Under the pieces are notes generated by a model that was not told the origin of the DNA, made no database searches, and saw nothing but the letters and a program-made list of their open reading frames with translations. Shown piece by piece: positions 1 to 5,476 of a stretch of DNA of 8,533 nt. The stretch is from an archaeon. GTDB lineage: Archaea > Iainarchaeota > Iainarchaeia > Iainarchaeales > CSSED10-239. Within the stretch, counting starts at the first letter, position 1, and every line of letters starts with the position of its first letter. The position numbers and the translations under genes were made by a program. Where the stretch lies: contig JBAWVI010000039.1 of NCBI GenBank assembly GCA_037147375.1, forward strand, positions 1 through 8,533, in the 5' to 3' direction.

Positions 1-779
1 AGATGATTAAGCATTGCTGATTCATAACCAAAGGATGCTGGAAAGGAAGAAGCATGATGTCCGAAATCAAGATCAACTTTAAGAGCAAGTCTTGCTGCTT
101 TGATATCATCTGTTTCAAAATCATTTGTTTCTGTTAAATATAAAATAATTCCTTCTTTAAACTTGCTTTTCATGAAAAGCTTTCCTACCCTGTGTGTTAT
201 TTCTCTAGTTCCACCAAATCTTTGTTCTCCAAAATAATTAATTAATCCGTTTCTTTGAATTTGTGAAATACATTCTTCTGTAATTGATCTTATTTGTTCT
301 TCTGATAAATCTTTTATTTGTCTAATTGTAACTATAAATTTATTGTCTTTTAAGTCTCCAATATCTATTCTATTCTTTGACCAAGTTGGATCATAAACCT
401 TAATTGTTTTGAAATAAAATTTTTTTAATCTTTCTAGAGAGGGTTCAAAGATTGATATTCTTTGACTCGTTAGAGCTCTCTTATCTTTAAGTCCTGCATA
501 ACCAATTCTTTTTTTACTTGTATGAAGAAATCTTGACATTTGAGAGATTGCAACTGTTGTTGCAAGATTGTTTTTCTCCATAGTTACGTGAAGATAATCT
601 TCTTTATCATTCTTTCTTGAAAAAATAGTGTCCCAATCAAGCTCAGGAAGAAGTTTATCTGGAAGATATTTAACTTCTGTATTGTATGTTTCTCCAATTT
701 CAGAAACTATGAAATCTTCAGATATTTCTTTTATTCTTCCATTAATTGGAGATGTGTTTGTTATATATTTAAATTCCAT
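1..779 (-). CDS. truD: tRNA pseudouridine synthase, TruD/Pus7 family; N-terminal ~259 codons only (3' end lies beyond the left window edge)
   Basis: Absent from the ORF track because it has no stop in the window. My hand translation of the minus strand from ATG 779..777 stays open to position 1: MEFKYITNTSPINGRIKEISEDFIVSEIGE...RIGYAGLKDKRALTSQRISIFEP...GLINYFGEQRFGGTREITHRVGK... It carries the two TruD-family signature blocks: GxKDKxAxTxQ with the catalytic Asp (462..503) and NYFGxQRFG (213..239). Confidence 0.85.
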   Translation of the reverse strand, partial: MEFKYITNTSPINGRIKEISEDFIVSEIGETYNTEVKYLPDKLLPELDWDTIFSRKNDKEDYLHVTMEKNNLATTVAISQMSRFLHTSKKRIGYAGLKDKRALTSQRISIFEPSLERLKKFYFKTIKVYDPTWSKNRIDIGDLKDNKFIVTIRQIKDLSEEQIRSITEECISQIQRNGLINYFGEQRFGGTREITHRVGKLFMKSKFKEGIILYLTETNDFETDDIKAARLALKVDLDFGHHASSFPASFGYESAMLNH

Positions 780-800
780 AAGTTATCGATTTACCTAAAT

Positions 801-3545
801 TTATACTTTATATCTTAAGAAAGCACCAAGTCCACCAAATGTTTCAAAGAATAGTTTTCCTTCTGGTGAATCCACAGAAATAAGTTCAACTTTTGTGCTT
901 GTGTTTTCTGCAACCTCAACAAAGTAATCAAAGATATCTAATTCTTCAATTAATTCTGATTCCTTACTACATGAAGAGCATACTGCTTGTTCTTTCTTTT
1001 CTTCTTTTTCTGGATCTCTAACTATCTTATAATCTATAGTACCACAAGAATTACATTTGTACTTGTGTGCCATCCATGTTATTCCTTCGGAGAGAAGAAT
1101 AGTATCTACTTGTCCAAGATCTAATGAAGTTAATACTTCTCTATAACCATATGTTGCAAGTTCATTCTTTGCAACCTTTTCAACAAACTTATTAACGATT
1201 GCTCTTTCTTTCATTACTCCTACTTCTTTTAGAATATCTCCTGATTTGTCAAGTATTTCCTTAATACCAGATTCATCAGTGTAGGATGTGTCTATTGTTC
1301 CTAGAACTTTATTTTTAATTCTATGATCAAGGTCTCCTGCTTCTAAAAACCAATTTTTAGAGTGACCGGGTCCACCAACCACAATTCCTTTAAGTTTTTC
1401 AACACCAACAAAAGATGCATTTACTTTTTCTCCAACTCTTTTGTAAAAGTCCTCTTCTGCTTTTTCTCTTAGTCTTTCAAAACGATGAGATGAATTATGA
1501 ACCACAAGCCCATTTGCAATAAAGTTTTGGTTCTTTACAGTAATGTCTACCATTGAAGTATCTTTTGCTTTTTGAATGTGTATCTTATTTATTTTAACAG
1601 GAATTACTGGGTAATCCATTATTTTTTTTAAGTCTGCATATAGTTTTTTATCTTTGATTCTTTTTAATATTGAGTTTTCGAAAGTTGCTTTACCCATCAT
1701 TCTTTTATTATTAAAGAAAGCACTAACTTTTGGGAATAATTCTAGATTATATCCTTTGCTTTCAATTAATTTTCTAATAATACTACCGGACACGATTATC
1801 TGTCTTGATCGTTCCATATCTGATTTCTTATTAATTACTTTATTTAAGACAAGTAACTTTTTGCTTGATGTAAATCCAATTTCTTTTTTAAATATATTTA
1901 ATGATTCTTTTTCAGTAATAGATATTGTAAATCTATGATTGTCAGTATATGGATTCATGTGATTATCATATTCTACTAAAGAAGAAATTATTGAAAATCT
2001 TAATAAAACTAATTGTACTTGTTGAGCTAGTTTTTTATTATTTATACCAAAACCTATTCCTCTATCTAGATTAACATATCCTTCTGCATCAAATAATCCT
2101 TTTAAAAAACTTGCAATTACATAATTTGGAGAATATAATATCTTTTGTGGAATTAATGTATCTCTTGCTTTTTTAAGTTCAGGAAATTCTTCTTTAATTA
2201 GTCTTACAAGAGGCCTACTTGTGAATCTTAATTGATGATAATTCTTTATATCTCTAAATCTATAACTTGAGTCTACTGAAAAATAAGAATCAAATTTTTG
2301 TTTGTAGTATAAGGCCACATCTTTGCTTTGCTCAGAAAAAGTAATTCTATCTTCTTCAAAACTACCATCGCCTGCAAAATAACCAATGAATTGAGCGAGC
2401 TCTTTATCAAGTTTAGTTGGAAGCTTGATGTTTGTGTAGATTGTATTTATTGTATATTTTTTTAAAAAATTAGAATAATTTATTTTTAATTTATTACAAA
2501 TCTGTTCTAAAAGCTCTCTGTTTGTATTTTTTTTACCTAATTCTATTGATGAAATTGCGGTTTGAGTTACCCCTAGTTCTTTTGCGAACACTTTTTGAAA
2601 TAATTTTCTTTTTTCTCTTTCTTTTTTTAGTAAGTTTCTTCCTTCTTCTGTTATTGTAAATGAATTATAATATTTCTTTGAATCTATCATTTGAAGAGAA
2701 CCCTTAACATCTATCTTCTCTGGCATTATAAGTGTATCTCCTTCAATTAGATATTCTGCTGCTTTTTCAATAACTTCAGTTCCTGTATGAACAAAGAAAA
2801 GGTGATCCTTACTGGATTGAATTTCAAGTCTTGGTTCTTTTGTAATTATTGTATATACTTCATTTTTCTTTGTGTTCCATTTATTTGAAACCATAGAGTC
2901 AAGTAGATTATAATTATTAAAATTAATTGATTTAACTTCTTGTTTCTTAGAAAGTTCTTCGATATCGATTATGTTTCCATTTGATAATTGAATAAATGCG
3001 TTTCTTAGACATTGTCCACCAGCACGTGATTTTCCAGGAACTGCTGATGTTTCGTTACTAAGTATCTGAATTGCTTTTCCTCTTAATAGAGCAATAGTTG
3101 CTTCTCTCTTATCAACTGCAATAAAACCATAAACCTCATCAGTTTCTGCCATCTCTTCAAGTGGAGTTGTGTGAAAAGCAGAATCACACCAATAAAGCTT
3201 GGTTGTTAATCTTTTTGGTGGAATTACTTCAAGAAGAGTTACATCTGATTTTGATGGATTTGTTGAAACGTCTCCTGAAAAAAGAACAAGTCCTGTTTCA
3301 GGTAACTTAAAATCAATTTGTCTTAAGTAATTAATTATTCGCTTTAAGGCTGCTTGAACGTTCTTTCTAGTCTGAGAGCTCTTTATGTTTGATGATTGAC
3401 TTTGTTCATCTGTTAATTGCTTAGTAACTGAACTTCTGTCAGCATCAGGTGGAAGGTATACACTAATTAATTGTGTTCCTGTTCCACGGAACTTCTTAAT
3501 CGCCTTAAGCTTCTTTTTTAATAATAATAAATTTGTTTCATCCAT
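801..3545 (-). CDS. prf1: Archaeal peptide chain release factor aRF1 (eRF1 family) precursor containing a 506-aa intein; predicted spliced product 408 aa
   Basis: 914-aa ORF. N-extein residues 1-178 carry NIKS (res 53-56, 3378..3389), YxCxxxF (YWCDSAF, res 118-124) and end in GKSRAGGQ. C-extein residues 685-914 begin SSHRFERLREKAEEDFY, so excision restores the canonical GGQ-S-x-x-RF-x-RLR. The remainder (VVGGPGHSKNWF..., GGLGAFLRY) is typical of eRF1 domains 2-3. TAA stop at 801..803. Confidence 0.95.
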   Translation of the reverse strand: MDETNLLLLKKKLKAIKKFRGTGTQLISVYLPPDADRSSVTKQLTDEQSQSSNIKSSQTRKNVQAALKRIINYLRQIDFKLPETGLVLFSGDVSTNPSKSDVTLLEVIPPKRLTTKLYWCDSAFHTTPLEEMAETDEVYGFIAVDKREATIALLRGKAIQILSNETSAVPGKSRAGGQCLRNAFIQLSNGNIIDIEELSKKQEVKSINFNNYNLLDSMVSNKWNTKKNEVYTIITKEPRLEIQSSKDHLFFVHTGTEVIEKAAEYLIEGDTLIMPEKIDVKGSLQMIDSKKYYNSFTITEEGRNLLKKEREKRKLFQKVFAKELGVTQTAISSIELGKKNTNRELLEQICNKLKINYSNFLKKYTINTIYTNIKLPTKLDKELAQFIGYFAGDGSFEEDRITFSEQSKDVALYYKQKFDSYFSVDSSYRFRDIKNYHQLRFTSRPLVRLIKEEFPELKKARDTLIPQKILYSPNYVIASFLKGLFDAEGYVNLDRGIGFGINNKKLAQQVQLVLLRFSIISSLVEYDNHMNPYTDNHRFTISITEKESLNIFKKEIGFTSSKKLLVLNKVINKKSDMERSRQIIVSGSIIRKLIESKGYNLELFPKVSAFFNNKRMMGKATFENSILKRIKDKKLYADLKKIMDYPVIPVKINKIHIQKAKDTSMVDITVKNQNFIANGLVVHNSSHRFERLREKAEEDFYKRVGEKVNASFVGVEKLKGIVVGGPGHSKNWFLEAGDLDHRIKNKVLGTIDTSYTDESGIKEILDKSGDILKEVGVMKERAIVNKFVEKVAKNELATYGYREVLTSLDLGQVDTILLSEGITWMAHKYKCNSCGTIDYKIVRDPEKEEKKEQAVCSSCSKESELIEELDIFDYFVEVAENTSTKVELISVDSPEGKLFFETFGGLGAFLRYKV
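2073..2399 (-). other. LAGLIDADG homing-endonuclease core inside the intein (both dodecapeptide motifs)
   Basis: Motif 1 is LAQFIGYFAGDGS (2361..2399, verified as CTC GCT CAA TTC ATT GGT TAT TTT GCA GGC GAT GGT AGT). Motif 2 is IASFLKGLFDAEGYV (2073..2117). The acidic residues that normally end each motif are both present (Asp in GDG, Glu in AEG), so the nuclease may be active. Confidence 0.8.
2475..2633 (-). other. XRE/Cro-C1-like helix-turn-helix segment embedded in the intein, between the N-terminal splicing domain and the endonuclease
   Basis: Residues ~305-357: LLKKEREKRKLFQKVFAKELGVTQTAISSIELGKKNTNRELLEQICNKLKINY. This follows the HTH_3-type pattern (...R...gl.Q..lA..lGv.q..IS.iE.G.....e.L..i...L.i). 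The identification is by eye only. Confidence 0.55.
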
Positions 3546-3551
3546 AAATAT

Positions 3552-3555
3552 ACCT
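3552..3555 (-). promoter_or_regulatory. Shine-Dalgarno-like AGGT, 6 nt upstream of the aRF1 ATG
   Basis: The minus strand reads TTAGGTATATTT-ATG. The same (A/T)AGGTA core recurs upstream of herA, the 249-aa gene and truD. Confidence 0.4.
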
Positions 3556-3557
3556 AA

Positions 3558-3592
3558 TTTATATATATAATATCTGTTACGATATATAGAAA
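3558..3592 (-). promoter_or_regulatory. TATA-like AT tracts upstream of aRF1 (candidate archaeal promoter)
   Basis: The minus strand reads TTCTATATATCGTAACAGATATTATATATATAAA in the 50-nt gap between the membrane-protein stop and the aRF1 start. There are two TATA-like candidates. The distal one (about 3582..3591) leaves room for a short leader containing the AGGT. Confidence 0.3.
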
Positions 3593-3595
3593 TAG

Positions 3596-4018
3596 CTATC
3601 CATTAATGATTTCTGTTATATAAAAAACTGATTTAACTTGATCATTATAATAATCATAAGTCATTCTTAAAGATTGATAAATAATAACATAATCATTTGA
3701 ATTTTCCATTTTATTAACAAATGGTTCTCCAATCATGTATTGTTTATAGCTTGAGATTGCAACTTGAGGATTTTCTGATAACTTTAATAAAACTTCCTCA
3801 TCTGTTGGTGCTTTAATTGTAATACCATAAACACCTAAAAATAAAGAATAAATAAATAAAACAATTATAAGTATAACTAAGAATATTTTTATTTTAGAAA
3901 TTAAAGAAATCTTATTGGGATTTTTTGAGCTTCTATGGTGTATAACAGGAGCTACCTCTTCATTCTTTAGAATAATTTTTTTTGTAACTGCTTTCTTTTT
4001 TGTAATTTTCTTTTTCAA
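3596..4018 (-). CDS. Hypothetical single-pass membrane-anchored protein: Lys-rich N-terminus, one TM helix, ~75-aa C-terminal domain
   Basis: 140-aa ORF. The start codon is TTG (4018..4016), and there is no in-frame ATG before residue ~95. A strong SD, GGAGTGA, sits 6 nt upstream. Hydrophobic stretch IFLVILIIVLFIYSLFLGVYGI (res ~44-66). TAG stop. I recognised no family. Confidence 0.5.
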   Translation of the reverse strand: MKKKITKKKAVTKKIILKNEEVAPVIHHRSSKNPNKISLISKIKIFLVILIIVLFIYSLFLGVYGITIKAPTDEEVLLKLSENPQVAISSYKQYMIGEPFVNKMENSNDYVIIYQSLRMTYDYYNDQVKSVFYITEIING

Positions 4019-4024
4019 GTTTTC

Positions 4025-4031
4025 TCACTCC
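4025..4031 (-). promoter_or_regulatory. Shine-Dalgarno GGAGTGA for the membrane-protein gene, overlapping the stop codon of the upstream phosphoribosyltransferase
   Basis: The minus strand reads TGT TTG GAG TGA GAAAAC TTG. GGAGTGA contains the PRTase TGA stop and lies 6 nt before the TTG start. Confidence 0.5.
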
Positions 4032-4489
4032 AAACAATTATCATAATCTTGACATAAAGATGCTTCTTGATAAGGGAAAACAATTGTTAGTTTATCTTTT
4101 ATTTTATTAATTGAATATTTAGGAATAAATTTAGTTTCTGATTTATAAAAAATACATGCAAGGTCTATGTTTTTAATGTTTTTTTGTAACTTCTTTACTT
4201 TCTTTGCAACATCCTCTCCTCTATCTTCAAACACATCGTCAACTAAGAGAACATCTCCTTTGAGGTCATAGAGGCAAGTTATTGTATTATCAATAACATA
4301 CTTATTGTTAATTACTTTTGCAGAAATTATTCCTAAAGGAAGTCCTAAAATTCCTGATAAGATTCTTCCTAGAAGAAGCCCACCACGAGAAATACAAATA
4401 ACAGCACTGTATTTTTTATTAGAAGTAAGTATCTTCTTTCCAAGCTCAAGGCTTAGAGATTCAAACTCATTCCAGGATGTATAATACAT
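4025..4489 (-). CDS. Type I phosphoribosyltransferase, Gpt / archaeal Hpt-like (purine PRTase family) with an atypical PRPP loop
   Basis: 154 aa. SWNEFESLSLELGKKI...AVICISRGGLLLGRILSGILGLP parallels the N-terminal region of E. coli Gpt (TWDML...[21 protein letters not shown]). The hydrophobic-DD PRPP motif is VLLVDDVFEDRGED (4211..4252). TGA stop. Confidence 0.7.
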   Translation of the reverse strand: MYYTSWNEFESLSLELGKKILTSNKKYSAVICISRGGLLLGRILSGILGLPLGIISAKVINNKYVIDNTITCLYDLKGDVLLVDDVFEDRGEDVAKKVKKLQKNIKNIDLACIFYKSETKFIPKYSINKIKDKLTIVFPYQEASLCQDYDNCLE

Positions 4490-4511
4490 ATAATAATATA
4501 CTAAACATAAG

Positions 4512-4519
4512 ATATAAAA
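4512..4519 (-). promoter_or_regulatory. Candidate archaeal TATA box (TTTTATAT) for the PRTase gene; transcript probably leaderless
   Basis: It lies 23-30 nt upstream of ATG 4489..4487. No SD-like motif lies between the box and the ATG. Confidence 0.4.
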
Positions 4520-4527
4520 ACATAATC

Positions 4528-4562
4528 AAAGGATGAAAAACAAAGTTTAGGCAATATCCTTT
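4528..4562. repeat. Inverted repeat AAAGGAT-N21-ATCCTTT between the two divergent TATA boxes
   Basis: AAAGGAT at 4528..4534 and its exact reverse complement ATCCTTT at 4556..4562. A third AAAGGAT lies at 4612..4618. Confidence 0.35.
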
Positions 4563-4568
4563 TAAATA
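4561..4568 (+). promoter_or_regulatory. Candidate archaeal TATA box (TTTAAATA) for the plus-strand pair of small genes
   Basis: Exact match to TTTAWATA. It lies ~40 nt upstream of the GGAG at 4607 and ~55 nt upstream of ATG 4623. Confidence 0.45.
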
Positions 4569-4622
4569 TATAGAAACTATATCTAATTATAATTAAGTTT
4601 AAGATTGGAGAAAAGGATTGTT

Positions 4623-5039
4623 ATGCAAAAACCAAAAATAAAAATAGCACGTAAAAAACCTACATTTAAGGAAATTAGAGAAAAACTTAAAAAAATAAAT
4701 ACAACAAAAAACAAATCAGTTATAGAAAAAAGAAATGAAGATAGAATTAATAGGCAAAATAAGATTCTTGTTAGTAAACTTGATTCGTTGCTTGAAAAAA
4801 ATGAAAAAGAAACTTTTTCAGAAATTATTAAGCAAATTAAGAATAAAAATATACATCCTAAACCAACATACACATCAGAAGAAGCAAGACTTGCACTTCG
4901 CGAAATTTGTTTAGAGTATGTAAAAGAATATAATCAAAGTCATGCAAGAGAGAAAAAACAAAAAACATATTTAACTTTAGATAGAACTGATCTTAATAAC
5001 CTAAAAGACGAACTTAAGCGTAGATTTTATTTAAAATAA
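4623..5039 (+). CDS. Hypothetical lysine-rich basic protein, paralog 1 (138 aa from ATG 4623; the ORF track starts at TTG 4605)
   Basis: The upstream sequence TTGGAGAAAAGGATTGTT-ATG puts GGAG/AAGGA where an SD is expected, so I prefer the ATG at 4623 over the TTG. The protein is MQKPKIKIARKKPTFKEIREKL... TAA stop. It is paralogous to the next gene. I recognised no family. Confidence 0.55.
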   Translation: MQKPKIKIARKKPTFKEIREKLKKINTTKNKSVIEKRNEDRINRQNKILVSKLDSLLEKNEKETFSEIIKQIKNKNIHPKPTYTSEEARLALREICLEYVKEYNQSHAREKKQKTYLTLDRTDLNNLKDELKRRFYLK

Positions 5040-5044
5040 AACTT

Positions 5045-5053
5045 GGAGATGAT
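5045..5053 (+). promoter_or_regulatory. Shine-Dalgarno GGAGATGAT upstream of paralog 2
   Basis: One mismatch to GGAGGTGAT. It lies 4 nt before ATG 5058 and starts 6 nt after the TAA of paralog 1. Confidence 0.5.
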
Positions 5054-5057
5054 AGTT

Positions 5058-5474
5058 ATGAAACTAAAACCAACCTTTAAGAGTACATTTGGAAAACCAT
5101 TTGGAGTTGTTGCGAGAAAAAAAGGAATAATTAGAGTTAATGAAAGGTTAAGTAAATTAAAAATAGAACCAAAAAGTAAAACAATAAAAAGAGATTTAGT
5201 TAGAAATAAAAGACAAACTCTAATTTTAGAAAAAAAACTAAATGAAATACTTATTAAAAATAAAAAGGAACAAATATCAGAATTAATTAATAAATTCATA
5301 AAAGAAAAAAATCAAGGAAAAGAAAATAAATTCATAAATGAATTTGTACATTCACACATACTTGAAGTTACTAGAGAATACATTAAAACCGCAAGACCAA
5401 AAATAGATGGAGTGGATTATCTCACAGCTTCTGATATAAACGCAATAATTAGAAGAATTATTAGAAAAGTATAA
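5058..5474 (+). CDS. Hypothetical lysine-rich basic protein, paralog 2 (138 aa from ATG 5058; the ORF track starts at TTG 5043)
   Basis: The protein is MKLKPTFKSTFGKPFGVVARKKG... TAA stop at 5472..5474. It shares KPTFK, the (R)xxRQxxIL..KL...L.KN.KE..SE.I block and the LE..(x)EY(V/I)K block with paralog 1. Its length from the preferred ATG is identical to paralog 1. Confidence 0.55.
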   Translation: MKLKPTFKSTFGKPFGVVARKKGIIRVNERLSKLKIEPKSKTIKRDLVRNKRQTLILEKKLNEILIKNKKEQISELINKFIKEKNQGKENKFINEFVHSHILEVTREYIKTARPKIDGVDYLTASDINAIIRRIIRKV

Positions 5475-5476
5475 GA

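Larger units (their letters stand above)
1494..3011 (-). mobile_element. Intein (class 1, Cys1 ... His-Asn / Ser+1) with LAGLIDADG homing endonuclease, inserted between GGQ and Ser of aRF1
   Basis: Checked codon by codon: Gln178 = CAA (3014..3012), Cys179 = TGT (3011..3009), His683 = CAT (1499..1497), Asn684 = AAT (1496..1494), Ser685 = TCA (1493..1491). Intein blocks: A CLRNAFIQLSNGNIIDIEEL; B SSKDHLFFV (S-x-x-H); C LAQFIGYFAGDGS; E FLKGLFDAEGYV; F/G MVDITVKNQNFIANGLVVHN. Length 1518 nt = 506 codons, in frame. Confidence 0.9.

Noticed and set aside
1654-1938. 94-aa plus-strand ORF antisense to the intein region of aRF1
   Set aside because: It lies wholly inside a well-supported minus-strand CDS. 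The sequence is low-complexity and Leu/Ile/Phe-rich, as expected for the complement of Lys/Asn/Glu-rich coding DNA. It has no SD or promoter.
4605-5057. TTG-initiated N-terminal extensions of the two small ORFs as given in the ORF track (MEKRIV-, MEMIV-)
   Set aside because: The TTG codons are part of the TTGGAG(A) SD-like sequences. ATGs 12 and 4 nt downstream of the SD-like elements give better-spaced starts and equal 138-aa products. The difference is only 5-6 codons and remains unproven.
4583-5299. Two minus-strand ORFs (4583..4873 and 5027..5299) antisense to the lysine-rich paralogs
   Set aside because: These are Phe/Leu/Ser/Ile low-complexity shadows of AAA/GAA-rich codons. The plus-strand ORFs have SD + ATG contexts, a TATA box and protein-level paralogy. 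The minus-strand ORFs have none of these.
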